A stretch of 64,000 nucleotides of DNA from Bacteroidales bacterium (GCA_003557725.1 PWNQ01000165.1:690-64689); one strand, 5' to 3'; counted from the first letter of the stretch, positions 1 through 10,029 are shown. A program made the numbers and translations. Notes: generated by a model not told the origin, from the sequence alone.

Positions 1-1189
1 GTTCCAGCACGTTTTCCATTTTCCAGGCGATCAGCAGTGCCAGTACTCCGATGATCAGCGTAAGCAGTTTTGATGTGCGCAGTGTTTCTTTTGCTGACCG
101 GTATTTCTTTTTAAACAGTTTGTTTATCAGGTCGGTTTGCAGGTTTCCTGATGCGGCCATCATGCAGCTGTCGGCGGTAGACATAATGGCCGAGAAGTAT
201 GCAGACATCATAAGGCCCATTAGTCCGACGGGCAGGATATTTCGTAAAAGTATGGGCAGCCCCATCTCTTCATCAGCCATAGCGGCTTCTGCTCCCCATT
301 GTGCAAACATGCCGCTGTCGGCAGCTACTTTAGCAAACAGGCCCAGTGTCACCCCCATAAAGGCCATCAGCGGGTATTCAAAGACACCGGCCAGGATCCA
401 GGCTCGCCGGGCGGTTTTTTCGTCACGACTGGCATATATTCTTTGGTAAAGGGTCATCCCCACAAACCAGATAGGCAGAATAGTAAAGGCCCACTTCACC
501 AGTGTTTGCCATGACACATTGGTTAGTGTAAGAAATTCCGGTCCTACGGTATCTTTGATGGCTTCATATCCTCCAACGGCTTGATATCCCATGGGGATTC
601 CTATAAATATAAGGCCTCCCATCAGGATGATCCACTGGACAGTATCCGTATATATTACGGCTTTTATTCCTCCAAGCACAGTGTATATCACTGCAATAGT
701 GCCCATAATTATCAGAGCGTGTTGCAGGTCCAGCCCATGGAAGGTGGCTGAAGCCAGTTTGGCGCCGGCCAGGATCTGGGAGCTGGTAAACCCCAGGTAG
801 CCAATTCCGGAGATCAAAGCAGCCACCATAGCCACGCGGTAATCATAGAAGTACTCCAGTATCTGGGGAAAAGTGTACATATTGTTCTTCCGGGCGATGT
901 TAAACACTTTAGGGATTAGCAGGGCGGAAGCCATCCAGGCACCTATGAGTCCGGTAAACAGCATCCAGCTGCCCGACAAGCCCATAATAAACCCCAGCCC
1001 GCCAAGGCCAATAGAGAACCCCCCGCCCACGTCTGTGGCCACTACAGATAATCCAATATGCACACTGCCCATGCTACGCCCCCCCACATAGTAGTCATCC
1101 GTACTTTTATTAAGAGCAAGAAACAAAAACCCCACACCCAAAACCAGAACCATGTAGACAACAAATACAGTAAGGTCAATCCAATGCAT
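1..1189 (-). CDS. sodium:solute symporter (SSF) family transporter, C-terminal part cut by window edge
   Basis: Not in the ORF track (no stop in window). The reverse-strand ATG at 1187-1189 reads MHWIDLTVFVVYMVLVLGVGFLFLALNKSTDDYYVGGRSMGSVHIGLSVVATDVGGGFSIGLGGLGF..., a typical SSF N-terminus. Plus-strand ORFs 51-1091 are antisense artefacts. Confidence 0.8.
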   Translation of the reverse strand, partial: MHWIDLTVFVVYMVLVLGVGFLFLALNKSTDDYYVGGRSMGSVHIGLSVVATDVGGGFSIGLGGLGFIMGLSGSWMLFTGLIGAWMASALLIPKVFNIARKNNMYTFPQILEYFYDYRVAMVAALISGIGYLGFTSSQILAGAKLASATFHGLDLQHALIIMGTIAVIYTVLGGIKAVIYTDTVQWIILMGGLIFIGIPMGYQAVGGYEAIKDTVGPEFLTLTNVSWQTLVKWAFTILPIWFVGMTLYQRIYASRDEKTARRAWILAGVFEYPLMAFMGVTLGLFAKVAADSGMFAQWGAEAAMADEEMGLPILLRNILPVGLMGLMMSAYFSAIMSTADSCMMAASGNLQTDLINKLFKKKYRSAKETLRTSKLLTLIIGVLALLIAWKMENVLE

Positions 1190-1312
1190 AGCTGTATATA
1201 TTTTCTATAAGCTCTTGGCTTATAAAGTTTTGCTTTTTTTTCTGGTCATTCATCCGCTGCAATCAGAGGTCAAAAGTCTGAAAAAAGTTAGAGAAAAGCA
1301 AAGTTGTTCAGG

Positions 1313-2053
1313 TTATATTTTTTCCTGCAATTGGGGGTAGAGTTCATTTTTCACCCACAGGAATCGGGGTTCTTCCCTTAATATGCGTCGGTATGCCGTA
1401 GCCGCCAGCAGCAATTCGCCATTGTCTTCCAGTGATTTGGCTTGCCATACCATGGCATTCAACTTAAGCCAGCGGGGTAGGTGAGGGTTATGAGAAAAAT
1501 GCTTAACAGCCTCTTGGTAGTAGGAGGCAGCTTTTTCCAGGCTTCCGCCGAAAAACCCTGGCATATGGTAATAGATATTTCCTTTTTCGGTCCAGGCAAG
1601 CGGGTTGGAGCGGTCCATTTCCAGCGATGCGTTCACATACTTTTGGCTTTTTCTCCCCAAAATTGGCGCTTTGTGTTTAGCCAGGCCTATTTCAAATCCG
1701 TTGATACCCGCTTTCAGTGCCAGGGCTTCTTTTTTATACCGGGTATTTTCCAGCTGGTTTGCTTCTTTTAGCGTTTTATCAAGCATTTCCCTGGCCTGGG
1801 TTTTTTTATCCATTCCCAGCAAGTACCCTGTATATCCATAGCGAGCCACGGTAAGATGAAGGAGCAACAGGTCATCTCCGCCCGAGCGGTAACTGCGTTC
1901 CATCTGTTTTATGGTAGATAGCCACATATCCATATTGTCACCGATATATGCACGGTATATACGGTTGTCGTATGTGTCTACCGGGGAAGCTCCGGATAAG
2001 CAGGTTGATAACGCAAGTGTTATCAATAGAGATAACCAAAATAATGTTTTCAT
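1313..2053 (-). CDS. secreted/lipoprotein-like helical-repeat protein of unknown function (possibly TPR/TatT-like)
   Basis: The track ORF 1313-2062 starts at TTG; the first ATG (2051-2053) gives MKTLFWLSLLITLALSTCLSG, a signal peptide. It lies downstream of the GT2 gene on the same strand. Confidence 0.55.
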   Translation of the reverse strand: MKTLFWLSLLITLALSTCLSGASPVDTYDNRIYRAYIGDNMDMWLSTIKQMERSYRSGGDDLLLLHLTVARYGYTGYLLGMDKKTQAREMLDKTLKEANQLENTRYKKEALALKAGINGFEIGLAKHKAPILGRKSQKYVNASLEMDRSNPLAWTEKGNIYYHMPGFFGGSLEKAASYYQEAVKHFSHNPHLPRWLKLNAMVWQAKSLEDNGELLLAATAYRRILREEPRFLWVKNELYPQLQEKI

Positions 2054-2154
2054 CGGTTTCAAATTTATTATGTCGTTATAAAGAGGTTGCCTTCAGTGTC
2101 TCGAATAACGTAATACGTTTGATTGCAAGTGGTGGGGGTGTCGACATTTCAGTT

Positions 2155-3243
2155 TTAAATCCTTCGTCCTTTCCAAACACCGTATCCCCGGGCTTTGTTC
2201 ATGAGGGCATATCCTGCGGTATACATGGCTGTTATTTGCTGCAATGGTGCTGTTAGGAGGTTTTTCACCGGGTGTTGCCCGGAGGAAACGCTGGTGATCA
2301 GAACGATAGCGCTTTCAGCCAGGATTAGTCCCAGCACTGTGGGAAAGCCATATACCAGCCATACCGGAATAAAGCCAAAGGAAGTAATCAGCAGGTAAAG
2401 CGACATTATTAGGTAGTTATTACCAAAGTAGGCATGGATATTTTTGGCAAAACCTTTAATGGCATCATGCAGGTTATGGTACATACGGCAGCTTATTTGT
2501 CCGTTTGAGAGAGTGGTATGCCCTTTTTCCCCTTCCTGTTTCAATCTTCTCATTATGTTTATGTCCTCCACCGGGTTGTTGGCAACCCTTTTATGCCATT
2601 GATTTTTGTCATAGCTTTCTTTGGTAAAAAGCATACACTGTCCGTTAGCTGCCGCCAGTGCCGGGTTTGGTGATCGTCTAATAAGAGTGAGGGGGAGCAG
2701 GCTCAACAGGGTACGGTTCATGAAGGGTACGGTGATTCTTTCATCCGGGGTATCCATGATCTGTACCGGGAATACCGATAGCAGGGACAGCTCATATTGT
2801 TTTTGCAGCGTCAGGAGGTCATCAATCAGTTCCGGTTGGGTTGTCACGTCTGCGTCCAAAAATAGCAGGCAGTTTCCGCAGGCATTTTTGCCCAGTTCAT
2901 AGCAAGCGTAGTTTTTTCCGGTCCACCCCCTGGGCAGATCCTTTCCGTGGATCAATTTCACCCGTGGGTCTTTCCGGGCATAGTCGTTTACTATTTGTGC
3001 TGTGCCGTCCCGGGAGTCATCATCATATACATAGACCTCCAGGTTTTGATGGTAGCTGTTAGTGAGCTCCTTCAGTAGTCGGGCCAGGTTTTTTTCCTCG
3101 TTGCGTGCCGGGATCAGCACCGAAACCATCTGTGAATGTTTTTGGTTTCGGTGGGGTAGGGTTGTGGCGGACAGGGTGTTCCACAGGCTGATAAGCAGTC
3201 TTAAGCAGGCAAATCCAATAACAAAAAGGGCCAGGTACATCAT
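2155..3243 (-). CDS. family 2 glycosyltransferase, CruC-like candidate carotenoid glycosyltransferase
   Basis: 362 aa. N-terminal TM helix, then VSVLIPARNEE...VYVYDDDSRDGT...LFLDADV (GT2 fold, DxD) and C-terminal TM helices. Its start overlaps the stop of the upstream acyltransferase by 4 nt. Confidence 0.8.
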   Translation of the reverse strand: MMYLALFVIGFACLRLLISLWNTLSATTLPHRNQKHSQMVSVLIPARNEEKNLARLLKELTNSYHQNLEVYVYDDDSRDGTAQIVNDYARKDPRVKLIHGKDLPRGWTGKNYACYELGKNACGNCLLFLDADVTTQPELIDDLLTLQKQYELSLLSVFPVQIMDTPDERITVPFMNRTLLSLLPLTLIRRSPNPALAAANGQCMLFTKESYDKNQWHKRVANNPVEDINIMRRLKQEGEKGHTTLSNGQISCRMYHNLHDAIKGFAKNIHAYFGNNYLIMSLYLLITSFGFIPVWLVYGFPTVLGLILAESAIVLITSVSSGQHPVKNLLTAPLQQITAMYTAGYALMNKARGYGVWKGRRI

Positions 3244-3863
3244 GGTCGAAAGTGCTTTAAGTGCTTGTCAAGGGATGAATTGAAAAAGTCATTATAGCAG
3301 CTTTCCAGTGTGGAGTCACCATAAGTAGTTTGGTTGGGGCTGGATGCATATACGTGGGCCACAGGTTTTCTTTGGGCGTGATAGTCTATAAGGTGTGCCA
3401 GAAACAGCAGTGCAGGAGGGTTTTTACTTTGGTTTAGAATTTTTTCAATGCCTTTTTCAAAAGAAAACTGGTGTTGGTGGTGCGACTGGATGCTTCCCTG
3501 GGGGAACATCAGCAACATATTTGAAGGGTCAGTGAGGATTTGTGCAGCATATTTCAGGGAGTGTATTGCTGAGCGGTTTCCTTTGCGGATGGAAAAGGCA
3601 CCGGCTTTGGCCAGCCATTTCCTTTTTTTTAGCTGGTCCTCAAGCATCATCACATGGAATGTTTTTTGGAAATGCCGGTGGTTATGAGTCACGGTAAAAA
3701 AGCCGTCCCACCAGCTAAAATGATTGGCAATCACCAGTAAAGGCCCTTTCGGAGCAGGCATGGGCGAGTGATAGCGCAACTCCCTGAAATGCCATTTGAT
3801 CATCCACCTGCTATAGTGGTTGAAAAAATTCACTACCAGCGGATTATGCTTCTCAGCGATCAT
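3240..3863 (-). CDS. lysophospholipid/glycerol-3-phosphate acyltransferase family protein, CruD-like candidate carotenoid acyltransferase
   Basis: The internal ATG at 3861-3863 (MIAEKHNPL...) was chosen because the longer track ORF (to 4064) runs through the crtW coding region. HX4D motif NHFSWWDG; FPQGS resembles the acyltransferase block III. Confidence 0.7.
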   Translation of the reverse strand: MIAEKHNPLVVNFFNHYSRWMIKWHFRELRYHSPMPAPKGPLLVIANHFSWWDGFFTVTHNHRHFQKTFHVMMLEDQLKKRKWLAKAGAFSIRKGNRSAIHSLKYAAQILTDPSNMLLMFPQGSIQSHHQHQFSFEKGIEKILNQSKNPPALLFLAHLIDYHAQRKPVAHVYASSPNQTTYGDSTLESCYNDFFNSSLDKHLKHFRP

Positions 3864-4539
3864 CTTTTTTTGTTTTATACAACTGCCACCAGGGGGTTTT
3901 AGGTGTCTCATGATGCTCATAATGATATCCGAAAAAATAGCAGCTGACCATGGCCCAAAGGTGGTTCTTTTTCTGTGTCCTTGCCTTGTGCGGCTCCATA
4001 GAAGCCTCATGAGGACGCCGGTGTGGCAGGTAGGTGCCCACATAAAACAATTGTAAAGTCGCAAGAATGGCCGGAAGAATATAGAAAACCACCACGCGGG
4101 GCTCGGGAATATGAAGACCCCAAACCAAAATATTATAAAGGATTGCCATTATAACTATTTGTAAAATAGTTAGATAACGCCACATGAAGTGCCCCCACCA
4201 TACAAAAAAGTTCTGCTTGCCCACATGATAGTCAGGGTCTTCCGGCGTGGCTACATAAAGATGATGGCGACGATGATTGCTTCTTAAGCGTTTGTATGAC
4301 ATGCCGGCAAAAAGAAATACCGCCAGTCCACCAAGGAAATGATTTAACCACCGGCGGGAGGAAACAGTGCCATGCATGGCATCATGCCCCGTGATAAACA
4401 AACCAGTATATAAATATGCCTGAACCACAATGTGAAAGTACATCCATGGATTAGTAAAACTTACCTCAACGGTGGTGAGTATATATGTAAGGTGTGCCAG
4501 CCAGAAAATAATAATCAGCACCCCGGCCAATACGCCCAT
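3853..4539 (-). CDS. crtW: CrtW-type carotenoid (beta-carotene) ketolase / membrane di-iron oxygenase
   Basis: 228 aa with three His boxes in CrtW spacing (HDAMHG, HRRHH, HYEHH) and four hydrophobic segments. Confidence 0.75.
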   Translation of the reverse strand: MGVLAGVLIIIFWLAHLTYILTTVEVSFTNPWMYFHIVVQAYLYTGLFITGHDAMHGTVSSRRWLNHFLGGLAVFLFAGMSYKRLRSNHRRHHLYVATPEDPDYHVGKQNFFVWWGHFMWRYLTILQIVIMAILYNILVWGLHIPEPRVVVFYILPAILATLQLFYVGTYLPHRRPHEASMEPHKARTQKKNHLWAMVSCYFFGYHYEHHETPKTPWWQLYKTKKDDR

Positions 4540-4595
4540 AATTCAATTTGTTTCAAACAATGACAATTGAGCGGGAAAGATGTTCAACAGGGGGT

Positions 4596-4709
4596 GGCTT
4601 TTTGCCCCGGCCTCTATAGGGTGAAGCCGTGAAAATCAGTTATCTTTAGGGATGGGGCAGTGCTGATTTTCAACGGGTGTGAAAAATTTGTGTTTTTCGG
4701 CCGGACTCA
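4596..4709 (+). repeat. family-1 repeat, 5'-truncated long form (right terminal inverted repeat only)
   Basis: Aligns with the reverse complement of 61343-61458: ggctttttgccccgg..ta.agggtgaagcc..gaaaatcag...ctgattttca..gtgtgaaaaat.tgtgt...ggccggactca. Confidence 0.8.
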
Positions 4710-4740
4710 AAAAAAATATTTTCAGTAAAAAAATTATTTG

Positions 4741-4748
4741 TATTTTTG
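4741..4748 (+). promoter_or_regulatory. candidate Bacteroidota -7 promoter box (TAnnTTTG)
   Basis: TATTTTTG lies 48 nt upstream of the ATG at 4796. Confidence 0.3.
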
Positions 4749-4795
4749 CCACAGATATAAAAAGTCAAATATTTAAGTAATTAAATTTAAAAGCT

Positions 4796-5581
4796 ATGAA
4801 AAGGTTATTTATTCTGATGCTGAGTGTTGTTGTTGCATTTTCGTTTTCGGCGTGTGACAAAGATGATGATGACAATGGCAGTGGGGCTTCTTCCATTACT
4901 GTAAAAGAGGAGCAGCAGGCTTTCGTGCTTCTCACCACCGCCACGTGGTGTGGATACTGTGCCAGTTGGGGTATTCCCACATTCGAGGGTGCCTTTAACG
5001 GGGACGATGGTGTGGATGGAGATCGTGTAAACGGTGTTGCTCTACATTATTCCGACACCGATCCCATGTATCATGAGATGGCAGCGACCATTAAAAGCCA
5101 GTTTGCTATTGGTGGGCCTCCCAACTTATGGATTGAGTTTGACAACACCCACAATCTGAATCCGGGTGGCTGGGTCAGTGCCATTAAAAGCCGTCAGGCT
5201 GAAAACAGTCCTGATTGTGGTATTGGCATGAATGTCAAGCAGGATGGTAATGACTTTACCATTGATGTGCGGGTGAAGTTTTTCAACAGCATGTCGGGCA
5301 CTTACAACCTGGCCATTTACATTTCCGAGGATGGCATTATTGCCAACCAGTCGGGTGGTACTGCGGACTATGTTCATAATCACACCTTCCGTGGTGAGGT
5401 TACGGCCAATAATGCCTGGGGAGTGGAAATGTTCAGCGGCAGTTCTCCTTCGGACTTTACCGACTCGTTCACTTACACTGCCAGTGGCTCTGTGGTGGCC
5501 GATAATGTATCGTTTGTTGCTGTTGTTTATGAAATGGATGGCGGAGTGCCTGTATCGTCTCCCAACTCCAATACCAGGTAA
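4796..5581 (+). CDS. lipoprotein with thioredoxin-like WCGYC motif (Omp28-related)
   Basis: Lipoprotein signal MKRLFILMLSVVVAFSFSAC; TTATWCGYCASWG motif; 261 aa. Confidence 0.6.
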   Translation: MKRLFILMLSVVVAFSFSACDKDDDDNGSGASSITVKEEQQAFVLLTTATWCGYCASWGIPTFEGAFNGDDGVDGDRVNGVALHYSDTDPMYHEMAATIKSQFAIGGPPNLWIEFDNTHNLNPGGWVSAIKSRQAENSPDCGIGMNVKQDGNDFTIDVRVKFFNSMSGTYNLAIYISEDGIIANQSGGTADYVHNHTFRGEVTANNAWGVEMFSGSSPSDFTDSFTYTASGSVVADNVSFVAVVYEMDGGVPVSSPNSNTR

Positions 5582-5655
5582 GGTATTTTGACCCGGATGC
5601 TGCCTTGCGTGGTTCAACAAGGACAAAGTGGGGCAGCAATTCCTCATTGATAAAT

Positions 5656-5712
5656 CCGGATCGCCTTAAAGCTAGCTCTTTAAGGTGATTCGGCTTTATT
5701 TTTTTTTTTTGG
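5656..5712 (+). terminator. rho-independent terminator
   Basis: Long imperfect hairpin ccggatcgccttaaag-ctagct-ctttaaggtgattcgg, followed by a T12-containing run. Confidence 0.65.
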
Positions 5713-5791
5713 ATTTTTCCGGTCCCCGATTTTATTTTCTAAAAAAATGTAAAAATGTCTTTTTTCCTTATGTTTTTCCTTCAGTCTGTAT

Positions 5792-5799
5792 TATATTTG
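5792..5799 (+). promoter_or_regulatory. candidate -7 promoter box (TAnnTTTG)
   Basis: TATATTTG lies 43 nt upstream of the ATG at 5842. Confidence 0.3.
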
Positions 5800-5841
5800 C
5801 AAACTAAATAGAGGACCAACAAAATTCAAATAGAATAAGTT

Positions 5842-7560
5842 ATGAAAAACGTAAGATCGTTATCTTGGATCATTTTTGCAACAGCCTTATTTGCAGGTTG
5901 TGTAAGCACTCAGATGCCGGAGGATTATACGGTAGAGCCCAATCCGCTTGAGGTGCATGGAAACACGGTAGAAGTGACCGTTTCCGGCACTATACCTGAG
6001 AAGTCTTTTCACAAAAAAGCTACCGTTGAGTTATATCCGGTATTGCGCTATGCCAATAAAGAGTTGAAGCTGGAGACCATCAGGATGAAAGGAGAAAAGG
6101 CAGAAGGAGATGGGATTACCGTAAGTACCAGCGATGGAAGACGTATAGAGCTGTCTGATAGCTTCCAGTGGGAGCCTGAGATGAAGGTGGCTGACCTGTA
6201 TGTTCATGCAACAGTAACCCGAAGAAATAAAACGGAGGTCATTCAAAACATTAAAATTGCTGATGGGGTAATTATGACCCCTAAGCGGGTGGCCAAAGCT
6301 GGGGAGCCGGCCATTGCCGATCATGGATATGAAACGGAAACCATCGTCGAGCAGACAGGTAATATTTACTATGCTTATAACCGGCACAACCTGAACTGGA
6401 ATCTGCCCCTGAACAGGGATAATCAGGATGAGATGGATGAGCTGAAGGCCTTTATGGAAAGAGGATGGGATATCCACATGATCCAGATAGATGCCTGGGC
6501 ATCACCGGAAGGGGAGCTTTCCCTTAACCAGGAACTTTCCGAAAACCGTGGAGAGACTGCAGAGAAATTTGTGGTAGACTGGTATAAGCGTAAAAACAGG
6601 CAAAAAGATAATAACATCAACTATGGAAATGTGGAAAAAGACATTACCATTGTCACTGAGGCTAAAGGTGAAGACTTTGACGGCTTTATGAGAGCACTGA
6701 ATGCTTCAGATATCCGGGAAAAGAGCACCATAGAGAATGTGATTAAGTCGCAGGCCACCCGTGCCGAAAGGGAGCAGCGCATCAAAGATATGACGGTTAT
6801 TTACGAGGAGATCGAGGAAATGCTGGAGGTGCTGCGCCGCGCCGAGATAACAGTGCACGTCTATGAGCCTAAGCGCACTGAGCAGGAAATTGCTCGTCTG
6901 GCTACTACCTATCCCGACTCATTGTCAAGGGAAGAGTTGTTGTTTGCCGCTACCCTGACTGAAGAAAATGAGACCAAACTGAACATTTATAAGTCAGCTA
7001 CTGAAGCTTATCCTGATCATTGGGTAGGATTCAATAATGCGGCGGCTATTTTGCTGGAAATGGGACGCGAAGACCAGGCCGCCCGTTATCTGGAGCAGGC
7101 AAACAGCCTAAACCCCAACGACCCACATATTGCTAACAACCTGGGCGTTCTGGCAGCATGGAAGAAAGACTATGAGTCTGCGTCAAACTACTACGCAACA
7201 GCCAGCCAGGGAGGATTGAATACCACTTATAATGAGGGAGTGATACAGATTATTAATGGAAACTATGAGGCTGCAGTAACCAGCTTCCAGGAGGTGACAT
7301 GTGACTACAATAAAGCCCTGGCACTGCTTATGGCCGGAAACACCGCCGAGGCAACACAGGTGCTGGATTGTGCCGATAGAACTGCCGAAAAGCATTACCT
7401 GCTGGCAGTGATTGGAGCACGCTCCGATAATGCCAATATGGTATACTCAAACCTGAGAAGGGCTGTGGATATAGACCCGGAGATGAAAAAAGAAGCACTC
7501 ATCGACCGGGAGTTTGTTGACTATTTCGGGCGGTCTGAATTCGTGGAAATAGTAGAATAA
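5842..7560 (+). CDS. lipoprotein with C-terminal TPR repeats, function unknown
   Basis: Lipobox LFAGC. The central segment WASPEGELSLNQELSENRGETAEKF resembles an OmpA-like peptidoglycan-binding motif. The C-terminal third shows TPR-like A/Y/N periodicity. Confidence 0.6.
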   Translation: MKNVRSLSWIIFATALFAGCVSTQMPEDYTVEPNPLEVHGNTVEVTVSGTIPEKSFHKKATVELYPVLRYANKELKLETIRMKGEKAEGDGITVSTSDGRRIELSDSFQWEPEMKVADLYVHATVTRRNKTEVIQNIKIADGVIMTPKRVAKAGEPAIADHGYETETIVEQTGNIYYAYNRHNLNWNLPLNRDNQDEMDELKAFMERGWDIHMIQIDAWASPEGELSLNQELSENRGETAEKFVVDWYKRKNRQKDNNINYGNVEKDITIVTEAKGEDFDGFMRALNASDIREKSTIENVIKSQATRAEREQRIKDMTVIYEEIEEMLEVLRRAEITVHVYEPKRTEQEIARLATTYPDSLSREELLFAATLTEENETKLNIYKSATEAYPDHWVGFNNAAAILLEMGREDQAARYLEQANSLNPNDPHIANNLGVLAAWKKDYESASNYYATASQGGLNTTYNEGVIQIINGNYEAAVTSFQEVTCDYNKALALLMAGNTAEATQVLDCADRTAEKHYLLAVIGARSDNANMVYSNLRRAVDIDPEMKKEALIDREFVDYFGRSEFVEIVE

Positions 7561-7602
7561 ACACTGGGAATACCATCAGCTAATGGCCTTAAAGCCTATA
7601 GA

Positions 7603-7642
7603 AACCGCTTTGCTCTTTTATATATGGCAAAGCGGTTTTTTT
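7603..7642 (+). terminator. rho-independent terminator
   Basis: aaaccgctttgc-loop-gcaaagcggttt followed by TTTTT. Confidence 0.6.
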
Positions 7643-7647
7643 ATCCC

Positions 7648-7719
7648 TGTGGCCGGTATAGAAAGGTTACTTTTGATTTTCAGAGGATATGAAAAATCTG
7701 TGTTTTTAGACCGGACTCA
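7648..7719 (+). mobile_element. family-1 MITE-like element, short form, degenerate left end
   Basis: ..ggccggtatagaaaggttacttttgattttcagaggatatgaaaaatctgtgtttttagaccggactca. Flanks are tccc/accc. Confidence 0.7.
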
Positions 7720-7802
7720 ACCCTGAATATCGTTCCCGGAGGCAGGGTAATGGTTTTACTTAAGCGGATTAATCATTGCTTTACCCCTTAACCCCCATAA
7801 AT

Positions 7803-9938
7803 ATGATTCAACAGATTGCCAGGGAGACCAACATAAGTGTCCAATACATAAGAGGTGTATTACAATTGCTGGAACAGGGGTCCACCATTCCCTTTATCGC
7901 CCGTTACCGGAAAGAGATGACCGGTGAGATGGACGAGGAGCAGATCATGCATGTTCGTGATGCTCACGCTCGTATTAAGCAGTTGGAAGAACGCAGGCAG
8001 TTTATTGTTCAGTCTGTGGAGAAGCAGGGGTTGCTTACGGATGAGCTGAAGCAACAGCTGGAGGGTGCCCGGAGCATGGCTCAGTTGGAGGACCTTTACC
8101 TGCCTTTCAGGCCCAAAAGAAAAACCCGCGCTGTTATGGCCCTGGAAAAGGGGTTGAAGCCGCTGGCTGCTATGATTATGAGCCGGAACAACCACCGATC
8201 ACCGGAGCAAATGGCACAGCAATTTATTGACCCAAATAAAGGAGTGCATTCGGAGCAAGAGGCCCTGGAGGGGGCCGGGGATATTATGGCAGCCTGGATA
8301 AATGAAAGAGCACGGACAAGGGCTCTGTTAAGACAGTGGATATGGAGAAACGGAAAACTGGAAAGCAGACAAAAGCCTGGTGGTGAGCGGAAAGAAAAAG
8401 AGGCGCTAAAGTATAAGGGTTACTTTACTTTTTCTGCATTTGTTTCCCGTATCACATCCCACCAGGTGCTAGCCATGTTTCGGGGAGAGAAGGAAGGCGT
8501 GCTCAAGGTGATGCTGACAGTAGACCACCAGGAGATATTTAATGAGCTGGCACCCGGATTTTTGCACCAGGAAGGGGCATGCCGTGATTTAGTTGCCGGT
8601 GCATTAAAAGATGCCATCAGGCGCTTGATGCTGCCATCCATGGAGACCGAAGTGCGCGCAGAACTGAAGGAGCGCAGCGATGATAAAGCCATCTCTGTGT
8701 TCAAAAACAATGTTTATCAGCTTCTTATGGAACCACCCCTGGGCTCTGCGCGCATACTGGCCATTGACCCGGGATTTCGATCCGGCTGCAAAGTGGTGTG
8801 CCTGGACCCGCAGGGAACCCTGCTGGAAAACGATACCATATACCCCCATTCGCCTCAAAATGAAGCAAAGCAGGCATCCCGAAAGCTGCGGACCCTGGTA
8901 TCGCGCCATAAGACGGAGGTGATTGCTGTGGGAGACGGGACCGCCGGGAGGGAAACAGAGCAGTTTATCCGGAAGATATCCTTTGACCGTGATGTGAAGT
9001 CGGTGCTGGTGAGTGAAAGCGGAGCATCGGTATACTCCGCCTCCAGGGTGGCCCGGGAAGAGTTTCCCCAGTATGATATCACCGTGCGCGGCGCCATTTC
9101 TATTGGCCGTCGCCTTATGGACCCGCTGGCCGAGCTGGTGAAAATTGAGCCACGGTCTGTGGGGGTTGGTCAATATCAGCATGATGTGGATCAGAAAAAG
9201 CTTACTCAGAGCCTGAATGAAACGGTAATGCATGCCGTAAATGCGGTTGGGGTGGAGGTAAATACGGCCAGTAAGGAGCTGCTGGCTTATGTATCCGGTA
9301 TTGGGCCGGCAATGGCCGGAAACATTATGGACTACCGAAGGAATAACGGCCCCTTTTCCCAAAGAAAAGAGCTGCTGGAGGTGAATGGACTGGGAAAAAA
9401 AGCTTTTGAGCTGGCTGCCGGGTTCCTGCGGATAAAAAACGGCAGAGAGCCGCTGGACCAATCGGCTGTACACCCCGAAAGCTATTTTATTGTGCAAAAA
9501 ATGGCCCAAAAATTAAAGGTATCCACCAGAGAACTGTTGGGAAATACCGGCATGCTGAAAAAACTTAACCCTGCGGACTTCATCACTGCGGAGACCGGAA
9601 TGCCCACGGTTGTGGATATTATCAAAGAGTTGAAAAAGCCCGGAAGAGACCCCAGAGGGAGCCTGGAAAGCTTCCGGTTCAGCCAGTCCATCCATTCCCT
9701 GGATGACATCAAGCCGGGGATGATACTGCCCGGAAAGGTCAATAATATTACGGCGTTTGGTTGTTTTGTAGACTTGGGGATAGCTGTTAATGGCCTGGTG
9801 CATGTGTCCCAGATGGCAGATCGCTTCGTGGATGACCCGGCCGCCATCGTAGTAATGAATCAGTCTGTAAAAGTGAAAGTGCTGGAGGTGGACAAAGAAA
9901 GAAGCAGAATTAGCCTGTCAATGAAAGAAATGGAATAA
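7803..9938 (+). CDS. tex: Tex-like transcription accessory protein (S1 RNA-binding domain)
   Basis: IPFIARYRKEMTG N-terminal signature, YqgF/RuvC-like core, HhH region and C-terminal S1 domain (GKVNNITAFGCFVDLG...VKVKVLEVD). The track start 7776 is TTG; the ATG at 7803 aligns with Tex N-termini. Confidence 0.9.
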   Translation: MIQQIARETNISVQYIRGVLQLLEQGSTIPFIARYRKEMTGEMDEEQIMHVRDAHARIKQLEERRQFIVQSVEKQGLLTDELKQQLEGARSMAQLEDLYLPFRPKRKTRAVMALEKGLKPLAAMIMSRNNHRSPEQMAQQFIDPNKGVHSEQEALEGAGDIMAAWINERARTRALLRQWIWRNGKLESRQKPGGERKEKEALKYKGYFTFSAFVSRITSHQVLAMFRGEKEGVLKVMLTVDHQEIFNELAPGFLHQEGACRDLVAGALKDAIRRLMLPSMETEVRAELKERSDDKAISVFKNNVYQLLMEPPLGSARILAIDPGFRSGCKVVCLDPQGTLLENDTIYPHSPQNEAKQASRKLRTLVSRHKTEVIAVGDGTAGRETEQFIRKISFDRDVKSVLVSESGASVYSASRVAREEFPQYDITVRGAISIGRRLMDPLAELVKIEPRSVGVGQYQHDVDQKKLTQSLNETVMHAVNAVGVEVNTASKELLAYVSGIGPAMAGNIMDYRRNNGPFSQRKELLEVNGLGKKAFELAAGFLRIKNGREPLDQSAVHPESYFIVQKMAQKLKVSTRELLGNTGMLKKLNPADFITAETGMPTVVDIIKELKKPGRDPRGSLESFRFSQSIHSLDDIKPGMILPGKVNNITAFGCFVDLGIAVNGLVHVSQMADRFVDDPAAIVVMNQSVKVKVLEVDKERSRISLSMKEME

Positions 9939-10029
9939 CAAAAATCCTATAATAGCGTTTCTTTATTATGAATCCTGGCCCGGACGGCAAAGTGAAGCCC
10001 CTCTTTGGTGGTCCCGGTCCGGATCAAAT

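Noticed and set aside
51-1091. Four plus-strand ORFs at the left edge.
   Set aside because: The reverse strand encodes a continuous SSF symporter with a clear N-terminal signature, so the plus-strand ORFs are shadows.
3864-4064. A longer N-terminal extension of the acyltransferase (track ORF 3240-4064).
   Set aside because: It would overlap crtW by about 210 nt and adds a non-homologous, Cys/Trp-rich sequence. The internal ATG at 3863 gives the typical distance to the HX4D motif.
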